The notes beneath the pieces were generated by a model. That model saw nothing but the letters and a program-made list of their open reading frames with translations. It was not told the origin of the DNA and did not search any database. From NCBI GenBank assembly GCA_000320545.1, contig ADNK01000344.1:1-64000 (forward strand): a stretch of DNA of 64,000 bases, read 5' to 3'. The position numbers and the translations under genes are program-made. Shown here in pieces: positions 12,714 to 26,571 of the stretch (position 1 is its first letter; each line of letters opens with the position of its first letter). The stretch is from Bigelowiella natans CCMP2755 (taxonomy: Eukaryota > Protista > Cercozoa).

Positions 12714-14793
12714 TTATGGTTGCTGAGGACTGATTTGGTAGCTGACCTTAGTGCCAGTTGTAGTAGATTTTTCATTGTTGTTGTTATTGTTTTTACTACT
12801 ATTTTCATGTTGCGTTTGTTTCCTCCTTTGCCTTCTTTTAGTTCTTTCTTCTGACACTTTCCTTGTTAGGTCGCTCCACAAAGCCTTAGGAGGACTACCA
12901 AACTCTTGCTTTTGCCGCTCATGAGAAATGGTTGGCTCTTGGTCTTTCTCAATCGTAATCATTTCATGAGCATAACTCACATATTTGTCCTCTATGTCAG
13001 GGGGCTGATGATGATGATGATGATAAACACACCAAACTATTAAAAATATAGACATCGTCACTAAGAATAACGCCTATGCAAACATTATCACTACGTACTA
13101 CTGAGTTGATATTACAGGTTCTAAATGAGCTTGTGATTGATTTCCTGGCAGCTTCGTGGGATATGTAGGCATGATAGCGTGGATCTTGTGAACAAGTACA
13201 AAACGCAACGAACGACAAACCGATTCAAGATGAATAAATAATGGCGATGTAAATAGAAAGTCAATGACAATATTCTTGTGAAAGGGGGTGTATACTAGTG
13301 GTCAAAGAAAGAAAAGCTAAATAAAAAACTCAAATCAACATCTAGCACCACTCATCTCATTACAAGTCAATTATTTTGGGAATGAAGAAATATGAAAAGG
13401 TTGTGCATATGTCCAAGATGATGATCGATCTACTACTGTCTCATAATGAATCACTAGCATCACCTTGTTGGGATCTTCTTCAAATGGAATATACTTCAAT
13501 TTTCCACATTTGTCGTTGTCCAGGAATCTAACCAATACGTCGATATTTAGAAGATGACGAAGACGATGAGAATCCTTAGTTTAATGCATCTTCTTCAACA
13601 AGAACAACAACAGCTACTACTACTACTACTTCTACTACTATTTGTGCCCTTGGTTGTTGCTTTCTATTTTCCTTCCCTCCTCTCCTATTGTCATTGTATT
13701 ATCTTACTTTGAGGTTCTGGGATCGATTCCTACGATGATGATGATAATGATGATGGAATCATACAATGTAACAAAAGATGATGCGTTTGTTGTTAAAGTG
13801 ACACCAAATGCAAACTGGACAAGGAGTACTTTTTGTACATTGAAAATATATTACTAATGATAATTATAATACTCACTACTATCAAAAACAACACCATATT
13901 TTTGACACCTGCGAAATCTATGTATTGGTCAATCGATCGCTGTGTTCCCAAGCCATAAGGTCCAAGTTCAACTTTCTAAACAAATGGATAAAAGTAGTAA
14001 TAATATATGGGTGGTGGTATATCAATATCAATATCAATATCTAAACGTATATATGTATATATTATAATATCTGCGTTGTAACCTGTTTCTGTTTCTATTT
14101 CTTTTTTTATTTTGAAGTCTCTGATGATATATATCTATCAACTTCTACCTCAGCCCCTTGCTTGTCGACAAGACTCCAATACCGCTTTAGTGCATATGGG
14201 AGACCTGGTGGATTTCCATTCCATGTTGATTCTCGCCCCTGCTGCCACCTATTTAATGACGATGATTATGATGATGATTATTATTATTAGGATGGTAGTA
14301 GAACAGAAACACAGATGATTAGTAAAGAATCATAATTGATGGCGGCTTTTCTTCGATGGATTGTTATCAAAATGAATTAGCAGTTAAATTACACTCGTCC
14401 ATGTGTATAGTCGTGAAACACAACAGGTCTATGGGGCGTGTACACCTGATAACAATAATATAATAGTAGTAATAATAATGATAATATTGACAACAGATGG
14501 TGACAGTGGTTGTATCACTTGAAAGAACAAAAATTACTAGCTAGAATCTATGTATATAATTAGATGGCCAAATTGCTGAATTAGTCGCAGCTATAATACT
14601 GTTACTATTATGATAGGTAGCAGTCATAGTAGCAGTTGTTGTTATTGCTGCTATTATTGTCTGCCTTCTCCTCTTACATCGTATCCGTGTGTCCAAAGTC
14701 GAATCATACGAGAAAACTCCTCTCCATCAAACATCCCCTTATGAAAGAAGAACAAATAAAGTAAAGGTTGCTGGCTTATTATTCAATCATCAC

Positions 14794-14828
<35 letters not shown>

Positions 14829-15465
14829 TATGCTGCTACTGTGGACGACTAACAAATCAATATATGAATGAAGAAGCAGAGCAATTATATGTTTTATTCA
14901 AAAAAGAACAAACTACTACTACCTCCAGGAAGGGGTCATTTGGAACATTTCTTTCAAAATGACATTTTGCAAATGACCATCCAGCAGCCCAGGTAAAGCT
15001 TATAATGTTGATCATATTTATAGTAGATGGCAATGGATGATGATAGATATATATTATTAGTACCTCAGGTGAGGCCTTGGTAAACAGTAGGCACCAGTAG
15101 CCTGATCGTTACGTACTACACCATGCCCCCCAACGATCGTTTTACATATAAATGGTATCTCGTAGTATGGGTGTCCAATGAGAACATGCCTAATAGTAGA
15201 AGTAGTAGATTATATAAGTAGAAGTATTGGTATTCGGCCGTCGTCATATCACTACTCCGACAATTATTACCATAAATAATCACTGATTGAACAACTAACG
15301 GCATTCTTAGCTAGTAGCAGAGTAATAGTGTCGTGTCTTCTACTGCTACTACCTACTACTACTACTAGTACTAGTACTAGTACAAGTACTAGTACCCTGT
15401 CTTTGACAAATCCTGTTTCACATTACCGACGTAAGTCGATAGCACACCATATCTATCAACAAAAT

Positions 15466-15508
<43 letters not shown>

Positions 15509-16133
15509 AGATTGCAGCAGTTGGTTGCAGTAAAGCAATTAGTATCATGAAAGGAAGAATCTTATACAACTATTACCACTTGTTCTTCTACCCATAGGAA
15601 TTATGATTAAGAAGAAGATGGGAACAAACAAATACATTGTTGTTGCTGCTTCGCTTAAATGCAGAACAAGAAAATGCCAGAACATACTATTCTGCATGTA
15701 GAGTTTAAAATTAAGGGGTATATTCCAGTAAAATAAGCAGTCAATTGCAATAAAACATATTTTGAAGGCTACTACTGGTATAGCAATCAAGTGCATGTAT
15801 TTATTATCATAACATCATCTATCAACAGTTCTGTTTACTTACTCATTTTCAGTCATTGCCCACATCTATGGTGAAGAAGAAGAAAGAAGGAGAAGAAAGA
15901 AGGATAAATGAAGAAGATGAGCAAAAAAATATATATAAAGAAGATGATGAGGAGGGAAGTAGTAATTCTAGATCGACGGCATAAACATATATATTCTCAA
16001 ATGTTATTATTATTAAGAGCAATCAGATATCGTTAACCACGGCAAAGGAATTAACGGTGTGTTACTGTTGTTTTCTCAGCATTCTTGATTTTACACACCT
16101 CCACAAACAGACGAAGAGATGAACACACACATA

Positions 16134-16194
<61 letters not shown>

Positions 16195-17193
16195 TGATAA
16201 TGAGAGGTAGGTGTTACTACTACCTACCTTCATAAGAGCTACGTCATAGCGTTCCATGAAATCCACGTGGGCATCAACCTTATTATTATTGTTATTATTA
16301 TTTTGGTGTTGTTGTTGTTTTTCAAGAACAAATAGTCATCAGCATATCGTTAGTAGTGGTAGTCGTAGTAGTAGTAGTAGTAATAGTAGTAGTAGTGGTG
16401 GTGATTGTAGTATTTAATGATGATGATGATGATGATGATAACAACTACACCTGCATGCAAAACTCATGATGTGGTTGCACCATTACTGCGCCAATAGCCC
16501 TGTTATGTTCCACACATCATTTAGTAGAAGTTGTTGTTCTGCTACTTACTACTACTAAACATTGGAGTGACTTCTCGCTACTACCTTGCCCATATTGGTC
16601 CTTTAGATTCTTTTGCATCAACACGTACCTAGCAGCAGCATATTTGATCATGTGGCGCTCTCTCGTGTCATTATTGCGAGTTTAAGTAGCATAATTATCA
16701 TTATTATTACACACACAACCATCACGACAATCTGACTGCACTGATTTGTTACTAACAATCTCCAAATGATCCAGATAAGGGCATGATGTATATCCCTCCC
16801 TCTGCATGAGAGCACAATAGATTGATATGCAATCGAATTTGTCCTAAGTGTATTATACATTTTATATGTAGTAAATTGACACTTTTATATGATCTATCTT
16901 TACTATGATGATTCAGAGAAAGGAAGCTTCTTCGGCGGCTAAGTTACAGAAATGATTACTAAACAACACATTTTCATTTTCTTTCTCTTCCTTTCTCCAT
17001 CTTGTAGTATCAAGGCAGACGCATCAGTCAATTATCCAATTATCATCTATGTAACATTTGAAACCACCTCTACAACTACCACTACTACTACTACCACTAC
17101 CACTACCACTACCTTATCCGGAAGGTTTTGCTGAACGATTCCAACGTATATTCTCTCCGGATGTCGCGCTCTGGTGTATGCATGCATGCATGT

Positions 17194-17225
<32 letters not shown>

Positions 17226-17313
17226 CTGTGTGCTGTTATTTATCATCATTTGTTACTACATTTAATGTTTGAGTAGTCTAACAATCCTAATAATGGTTTT
17301 AATAGTCTTCCTG

Positions 17314-17344
<31 letters not shown>

Positions 17345-17658
17345 AATGAGCTGTGGTACACAACTACAGTGTCACCATAGATATGATACATATACGACAT
17401 ATTAAACGCTGATGCTACATACACTGTTATTTGACAAAAATATCAGCATCTGTTAATTAATTACTACTCCTCCACTCCTTCATCGTACACATTCATTGGG
17501 ATGATGATACTATCATATTATTTGACTTTCTTAGTTATAGTATAAATCACACAACTAGCACCATTATTATTTGATTTTCTTAGTTATAGTATAAATCACA
17601 CAACTAACGCCATTACTACGACCTTAAAAATGAATTTGCGACCGTCTGACCGCATCTA

Positions 17659-17692
<34 letters not shown>

Positions 17693-17796
17693 CATATGTA
17701 TCAAAGTGCCGTTCGATCGCATCTATTATCATTCTTATTATTATATGTATCACAGTAGTAGCAATGTACATTAGGCATGTCACTTGCTGCTTCGAG

Positions 17797-17831
<35 letters not shown>

Positions 17832-17951
17832 TTGAAATAGTAGTAGTGTGAGAGTTGCAGAAACATATTTATCAGGGAGAGGAGTACTGTATGTTGTGTG
17901 CACAACAAAGGATACATGTGCTTTGACGTACATCTTGGGGGATGGGGACAT

Positions 17952-17998
<47 letters not shown>

Positions 17999-19220
17999 CA
18001 ACTCAAACGTAAATCGTAAATTAATCGAGTTTGTTTTTTACGCTAATAAAGAAAGTGCCAACAGTAACATAGTGACTTTAGTATTTATTATTATCGTATG
18101 TAAACTAGACATCAAATAACCTGGGATCTCGAAACGCAGAAAGAAGCATATGTACCTATGAGGAGGTGGAGGAGGAGGAGGATGAGCGCGGATGTTATCA
18201 ATATACATATGCATAATGCGGACAAGCGTATTATTTAATTCTAAAATGGGAAAATCGTATTGGCCCACAACCCATCATTATCATCATCATCATCGTCATC
18301 GTTTTCATAGCATGCCCTCCTCCACCCCCCTCCGGATTCTTTACCTACAACACTTCAGAAGTATGGGTTGTAGGAACTTTGTGTAATATTTATTGGAAAA
18401 ATGGGATTTTGTGCATGTGTGACTTTTCCCAAACTACGACGTGCCAGCATCACTGCAGCAGCATCATTATGATCGATCTCATAACAAACACATTGTCGTC
18501 ATCATGCAGTAGTCATCATTATGATCGATCTCATAACAAACACATTGTCGTCATCATGCAGTAGTCATCATTATGATCGATCTCATAACAAACACATTGT
18601 CGTCATCATGCAGTAGTCATCATCATCATTGCCTTGGTGTCGTTCCTAATGTGGGCATCATCCTTTGGCGGATATGGACGATTAGTAGTAGTATGATCTC
18701 CAGCAGTTTGTTCAATGGGGTCAATAACCTGGAATATCAAGATAGAAGGATCATGGGAAAGATGGCAGAGGGCGGAGCGTGAAAGCAAGAAAAACATTAC
18801 AAACGAACTGCTGAATCATGGTGACGCCACCACCACCATTTTCATCACCATCAGTAATACCAAACATCAGAACTTGCAACCATGTTGTAGTACCTTTCCA
18901 TTGACCATAGACTTTCTCCCATTCTTGACACCACACATCTCGCATTGGCAGGTGTCAAAAGCTGCTGCTTCACCGGTTGGAGTCAAAATTAGCAAGCTTC
19001 CGATGAAAATTGTAGCGATAACACGATGGACAGGAGAACACGCAAATAAACTAGGAATTGTGAGCCAGCGCTGTGTTTTTGGACATGACTTTTGCTGCTG
19101 CTGCTGTTGGCGATTGTGGTGACGCAGAAGCATCTTTCGCCGTCTCTGCGGCCGATTCACTCCCCCATCTCTCCCTTCAAAGGTCTCTACTGCGCACGCG
19201 CACTTCAGAGGAGGGGACAT
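12714..19220 (-). CDS. GT60 / GlcNAc-family polypeptide alpha-N-acetylglucosaminyltransferase (Gnt1/Gnt2-like), multi-exon, with N-terminal signal/TM and C-terminal TM
   Basis: Exons read VHMLLSAFRDPR|CGQTVANSF, ARHPERIYVGIVQQN, HEFCMQ|VDAHVDF, MWAMTENE|YGVLSTYV, FTWAAGWSFAKCHFERNVPNDP, MFDGEEFSRMIRLWTHGYD|VYTP, GPYGLGTQRSIDQYIDFAG. First exon corresponds to ORF 18867-19235 and the last to ORF 12714-13061. Confidence 0.88.
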
Positions 19221-19229
19221 GTACTTTTT

Positions 19230-19327
19230 TTCCAAGGACTGCTCGTAGTGCTGTTCTAAGGCGCCCCCCCACTGAGAAATGTTTAGTTGATAGGAGAGTT
19301 ATGCAACAGAGAGACAGGCAGACAGAG

Positions 19328-19371
<44 letters not shown>

Positions 19372-19770
19372 ATTCATGGATATCAATCGTATGATATCCA
19401 CACTTTCGCAATATCCGTTATGAGGCATTAAATTTACCAACATAAAAGCTTCAAACCTAAAAAACAGACGCCTCAAACCTAAAAATAAAAAGAAAAAAGT
19501 TTATTAACTACAAGTCAAAAATTTTGCTATGTTCTGCCATACAATTTTTGACTTTCGCAATGTCCGTTATGAGACAACATCCACTATGAAAATCACTTCG
19601 GTGTAACAACATAGCTGGGAAGTCAAGGGCGCGAACAGAATAACTAAGAACTAAGAACTAAGAACTAACAACATAGCTGGGAAGTCAAGGGCGCGAAAAG
19701 AATAACTAGATCTAACTAACTAACTAACTAACTAAGGCAAGATCCAATATGAAAATGACTTTAAATCGAT
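19230..19770. promoter_or_regulatory. Putative bidirectional promoter between the GT60 and KamA genes, with duplicated motifs
   Basis: Divergent gene starts about 550 bp apart. Direct repeats caacatagctgggaagtcaagggcgcgaa (x2, ~19607/19668) and actttcgcaat(a/g)tccgttatgag (x2, ~19402/19551), plus actaaga/actaacta runs. Confidence 0.45.
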
Positions 19771-19779
19771 GTCATCGTG

Positions 19780-21955
19780 CATGTCGTCGATAGGAAATAC
19801 AGGACGTACGTAGGAAACTGCAGCAGTGGTAGTAGGTAGTAATGGCAGGAAAAGGAAGCACCACGGTATGATGAGAGTATCGGCTGTCGTTCATGGTGGT
19901 GGCCAGTTAATTGCTCATAGTGGTAGCAGTAGCTGCTAGGTTTAGCAGGAGGAGGAATATCGCTATTGGAACGACATCTTGAACCTTAGCATTGTCATCA
20001 TCATAATTGTGATTATAATAATTGTCATCTCATAATAAACTTTCTCTTGAAAAACATGTAACAGAACAGAACAACGGAACGTCGAGAATATAATGGTAGT
20101 AGCTGAACGCCTTTGGCAACGGCTTGATCGATTCAGGTGATCTCTCAAATTGACCAAGGAAATTAACTCCACTGAAGTATTATTACTGTAATGGCAGAAA
20201 AATAGATGCGAAGACCTTTGGCCAGGCAAATTGGCAAAAGAAGCACACGATCAAAAGCACCGAGCACATGGAGCAAGTATATAAATGCACTGCGGACGGC
20301 ATAAATGCGACAGCTTAGTATACAACAGCGTTTTGTGAATTACAGTTCCTTCGGGAGGTTTCGGGGGAGGAACTTGCAAGAGATTTCAGGCTCACAGCGA
20401 GTAGGAATCCAATGGAGGTAAACTCCTCTTACACACGCAGCATTGCATGATGATAACTGTGAAATCATCATTTCTTGGGGCACGCTGTAGCAGCCAACCG
20501 TGTCCAGTTAACCGTGAACGTATGATCTTACAAAAAGATATTAAACTTGAATGTAATCGTTTTCACCCAACCTTTATCGCATTATCGATAGATTCGTGTA
20601 ACCCCTTACATTCTATCTCTTATCGATTGGGAAGGTGGTTACTAGTATAACTTACACCGTATGTATGTAGTGAATTCTCCCAGATTATTATACTGAGGGA
20701 AATATCATTTATGACACCATTCTGATTTCTTCTAAGACCAGTCAGTGTTGAAAAGTAGTAGTATTCGTGGTAGTTATAGTGGTAGCGCTATACATCACTA
20801 CACGCACACATTCATGTTTCTTCCTAAGTCAATTAACTAGACATAATGTTCGTACATCAAAATATTTCACACCATGTATGAACCGTACATGGACGAATTG
20901 ATCACTTCTCACTAAAATAATACAAAAAAAAAATGTTATATGAAGAAAGAAAAGTTTGGAAGGACCCCTTGCGAAAGCAATTTATTCCTTTATATTCAGA
21001 GGTAGAATTTGAGGATAGATAGAGATATAAGACACCATGAAGCATTAGATTATAGTGATGAATCACTGCTTCCTTAATTTTTCAACTAGTCATTATCGTG
21101 TATTATGTATGTTATCGAATTGTGTTGTTCATTATATAAGTTGCACCCACCTTGATCGTCATAGGAAGCCACAACTATAGAATTATTAAGCCATTGTCAT
21201 GTTTTGTAGTGTTTTTGACATTAATTGGTTGGTTGTTAATTGAAATAGTGCATTTCAGACCATCTTCTAGCGAGGTTTGATTCTCTTGGTGAATTAGAAG
21301 GAAGGGGAAAGGTAACAGGAGCAACAACAACAGCAGACGAGGAGATGGTGAAGAATGCATGCCAAAGAGGAAATAATAGCAAACTAGATAATGATGGTTT
21401 TAGTACTGGTACTCTTCCATCATGTATCGTGCATAGATACCCAAACAAGGTAGTAGTAATAATAGAGAAAAAGGAAACGAGGACTTCTGCGGTGTAAAAC
21501 AACATGATCCTTTATATAGCAGCTGCATGATTTACTACTAGGTTAGTTTAGCTATTATTTTGAGCCTCCTCCTGCTGCTGCATTGTCATCATTCATGGTG
21601 AAGGATAGAGGAAGGGATTTGCCTCTTTTCCTCCTGTTTGCCGGCTACCTTTGTCAACAAGACTTTTCATCATGATTGTGTAATTATTTATACCTTGACA
21701 AATCAATGATAAATAACACCTAATTTTTCAATTATTTATCAAGGTTTTATTTCTCGCCTCTAGCGTATGTCCAGGTTAGCGGCGACTATTCACCAAAACC
21801 TGTGCATACAACGATGTGACAGCCCACATTTCTCTCTTTCTTTCTTTCTTTCTCCAATAATTTGCTTAATGTATGCTGCAATAAAGTTTAAAGCGACCTG
21901 AGTGTTACTATGAAGTATCTTCTCAGCAGCATCAATCTTATCATCATCATCGTAC

Positions 21956-21990
<35 letters not shown>

Positions 21991-22174
21991 CCGCATACCA
22001 TACTGCTGTATCAGTATACTGTCGTTTTTGCACAAGATCTTATGCTATTGGAGGCAATACGGTATTATCGACTCTGTTGTTGGATTTATAGGAGGCGAAC
22101 ATTAATTAATATTTTACTTAATACACGGAAGAAAATGGAGAAGAACAACTCTGTCTACACACACACACACACAC

Positions 22175-22257
<83 letters not shown>

Positions 22258-22733
22258 TGTATGTGTGTGTGCGTGTATATATTGTTAAATGATATGTAAG
22301 TTATTATATATGAAGGAGGAGAATCATACACACACAGTAGACTAGATTTTCTTTCTTGTTGACAAAAAGCGCATTATTATTAAGTCACATGCTCGTTGCC
22401 AGTATATGCTTCTGACACTACTGCAAGAAGAGGAAATTATCATTTTGAAGTGAGATTATGCTGATAATGCTCCTATTATTTAAACATAAAGCCAGTGGTC
22501 AAGAAAAAGAAAATCACAGGTAATCGCTGCTATCATTATCATCATCATCATCGTCGTCGTCGTCGTCGTTGTTACCCCCCCCCTTTTCCTCCTGTTATCT
22601 TTCTTCTCTATTTCAGCAATAAGAGTAGAAATTCTGAACTGTGGTGTTATTATTGTTTTTCTTACATAAAGCAGCAATGGTTCCAAAGTTATGGAAGCAA
22701 GGATTCGAATACATTCGTCAAAATTCAGGAATT

Positions 22734-22775
<42 letters not shown>

Positions 22776-23419
22776 CAGTGGTAAGTAGTAGCTGTGTTAG
22801 AAATTCTTACAACAGCTGTCCATACAGGTGATTTCCTACTTAATTGTCGTGATTATTGTTGTCACCATCATCGTTTTCTCTCATGTTGTATGTACTGCTG
22901 CTTTTGTCTCTCTTCTACGTATTTATCCCTCTTTATTAGTACTACACAACAATTGTAGTCAATATTCCCACTTAATATCACCATCGTCGTCGTTATCGAT
23001 TGTACTTACTTGGGAAATTGGTGATTAGTAGATATGCTGTATATTCTCATAATCTCTGACGACGTAACAATTTTCTCTCCGCTACTCAGCGTTGTAGTGT
23101 GTAATATATTACGTACTTATTGATATGAATGCTATTTGCCATCAGAGATGTAGTGGTCAGTGGAGGAGATGTATTCCAGTTGACACCTTCAATGTTATTC
23201 TTGTAATATTTACAATTCCTACTACTACTAATAATAATAATAATAACATTTACTACTACTGCTACATATAGCAGCTGAGAAGGCAGCATAAGATCACTAG
23301 CTGCCAGCACAATGCTTATTCCAAATAAGTAGTTGTTTAAAAAGAATGGATATATCATGTAGCTTATCTTCTCCTTCATCCCGATTTATCATGAGAATAC
23401 CCAACACACGCACAATACA

Positions 23420-23453
<34 letters not shown>

Positions 23454-24031
23454 GCATTGGCGAAAACCTTCTAAATATTCATCATGTGCGCCGATTACGC
23501 TTTGCGACAAAGGGCTTAAGCGTATTGCCGATGAAGGTGTATTGTTGTGATGATAAGAATAAATAGTAACAATAATAATGATCCATCATCACATGTATTC
23601 AGGAAGAGAGTACATCAATAATAATAAAGGATAAGGATGTAAATTAGAATAGTAACTTGTAGTATCTTTGCGGATGATTATTCTGGTCATGTTAGATGAT
23701 AATATTGATGATGATGATGGTTATCATAGATTACAACTACGCATTATTATCATCATTCATCATCATTCATCATCATTCATCATCATTCATCATCATTCAT
23801 CATCATCATCATCATCATCATCATCTCGCAGATTACTTCGGACCATTTATGGATGGAATCTTTTGGAAAAATTGTTTGCAAAGCACAGAAACTAGGAAAG
23901 CATGTTTGTGTGCACACACATATCAATCACGCTAACGAGATAAGCAGCGATTTTACATATCGAGCAATGGAAATGATCCAAGATCTTGGTTGTTTAATGA
24001 ATAGATTATAATTTTATCATTACTACCTCTA

Positions 24032-24063
<32 letters not shown>

Positions 24064-24507
24064 CTGTGAGTGAATGACTAGCTGAACAACTGACTGATAG
24101 ATAGATAATAGATATCGGGAATAATACTACTACTATTACTACCTATTAGGTGTGGTAGTGAGGAATCAAACTGTGCTACTAAATGGTGTCAATGATCATC
24201 CAAATCGTATGCTAGATCTTCAGGAGTCGTTAGGTAATATTTATTGTATTTATCACCACACTTTCACTAGTTGTAAGTTGTTGTATAAGAACTTGGAACA
24301 GAAGGTGATGATGATGATCTAAAAAGAAAGAAATGTATGTTGTTTACGTGATCAACTAACTGTTTTTGCTAAGTCGTTCGTGTCTATTGCTTCTTTTCAT
24401 GATGGCCAAAACATAAAGGAGAGATAGGAATTGAGCCGTACTATGTATATCTAGGAGATATGATTCCAGGGGTGGGTACATATCATCATTTATCGTGATC
24501 ATATTTT

Positions 24508-24540
<33 letters not shown>

Positions 24541-25044
24541 TACTTATATAGTAGCAGCAGCAGCAAAGTTTTCTAAGCTTTGTTTAATAAATCATCATCA
24601 TCATCATTACATGCTTGCTGTGTATAAGGAGTTGACGATATATATACCATACCATACATATGCGTGATGTGATGGTGATGCTGATAATTGTACTTCTTAT
24701 ATATCTAGAGCGAGAATTTGAGAACTTCATTACAAAAGTTACTACTATTAGAGAAAGAAACAAGAGGTACTACTACTACTACGATTACTGCTACTACTAC
24801 TACTGCTACTACTACTACTGCTACTACTACTATTTCCACAACTATTGCTAAACCCTTAATTCATTTTGCGACGAGAAGTGAGTTTGCTGAAAAGGAAAAA
24901 ATGATTTAATGAAAGTGTAAGTAATTATTTACAATTTTGAGAATTATTTATTCTAGTGATAAACAATAGGAGCTACAGCTGGATTTTTAACTCCACAATA
25001 CGTGACCGATCTCCCCCGTATTAATCCTACTACTTCTTCTATTT

Positions 25045-25078
<34 letters not shown>

Positions 25079-25693
25079 AAGTCTCAAAGACTAATGCTCT
25101 CTCTTCTACGAATGAAGAAGAAGAGGATGATGATGATGATGATAATGATGATAATAACCCTAATAACAGTAAAACCACATTGAAATAATACTGCTACCGC
25201 ATTGCTTACTACAAGATGGGGGTGGCAAAAGATTAGCACATTCGTACGAGTTCTATGATAGAAAGACGGGGATTAGTGTGTACTCTTCTCCAAAGGTACA
25301 TAGAAAATGATGATGATGATGGTGATGATGATGAAGATGTATACTATGATGCCAGAGCTACTACTGTGACGAGATCGACATATAGTAGTTCTATTATAGA
25401 AAAGTCTAGAGACAAAGATGTAGCAATAGATACAACATCATAAATAACACAACAGCAGCTTTTAAGAAACAAACTACTCCTCGTGTAAATTCCATGTTTT
25501 TCATCACGACAAAACATAGGTATGTAGAGAGAAATTTTTCATATATTGCGATCCAATCCACACTTTACAATGTGAAGACGCTCAAAGAGCCTGGCAGCAT
25601 CACTGCCCTCAATCTCAGAACCGCATGCTCGAAAATGCTCGTGCTGCTGCTGCTGCTGCTGCTGCTGCTGCATCTGAATTTCATCAAATATGA
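19780..25693 (+). CDS. KamA-family radical-SAM enzyme (L-lysine 2,3-aminomutase-like), more than 15 exons
   Basis: Exons read NWQKKHTIKS, RNPME|IRVTPYILSLIDWE|DPLRKQFIP, IVHRYPNK|VLFLASSVCP|VYCRFCTRSY (CxxxCxxC), DVVVSGGD, VRRLRFATKG, VHTHINHANE, VRNQTVLLNGVND, IEPYYVYLGDM, GFLTPQYVTDLP|DGGGKR, FIYCDP; stop at 25691-25693. Start is uncertain. Confidence 0.92.
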
Positions 25694-26505
25694 GAGTCAA
25701 TTCTACTGCACCGTGGACGACCGATAATTGTGGTAAATCGAGCAATTCTACATCTTTTTGCCAAGAAGTAGATAATAAGTTTAACAAGATGGAAAGTGAA
25801 GTCCAGCAAATTGCAATTAGTTTGATGATTAGATAACATGATTTGATGATTAGATAACATTAGACTGGTGCGTTCAATATCCAACAAAATACACCACAAT
25901 ATTAGATACTATTAACATATTCTGCTATGTTATCAATGTAGTAGCGCAATGTTGTGTCTATAGTTACTACACAGTCGCTCTAGCAGACGACAGCAGACTG
26001 TGTCTCTATCAGACTCCCGTGTCTGTCATCATCGTGAAGTAGATGATTTGAGTGTGTGTCAGAGTATTCTAGCAGGTTGCAGCTTTGTTCATTCCAATCA
26101 CTGATCGTACGTGAATTTGAAACACCAGACACGCGCACATGATGTAGTGTGAGACAGCAGGTAATGGCATGAACGAATTGCATTCAGTCAATGCTAGAAT
26201 GGTCATCCTGAGGCAGCTTTGCAAAGCGGTGGCTACAGCGCTCAAATTGTGCTAGCATCTTGGCATGTATTACGTTCCATGTCACGTTAGTGAAGGTGTC
26301 AATGCCGTTGTCGTTGCTGCTCCGCCTGCAAGTGCACACTCTGTACGCTTGTTTTCCTTCATTCATCTTTCAGTGTCGTACGTCATTGCTGCATGTTCAT
26401 TATTGCAGTGCATCGTGTGTCGCTGGATGTCTAGATGTGCGCATGTTCATAGGAGTGCATCTGTTCAACGGCTGTTGCTCCTTGCCTTTCTGTCCCCCCC
26501 CCCCC

Positions 26506-26571
<66 letters not shown>

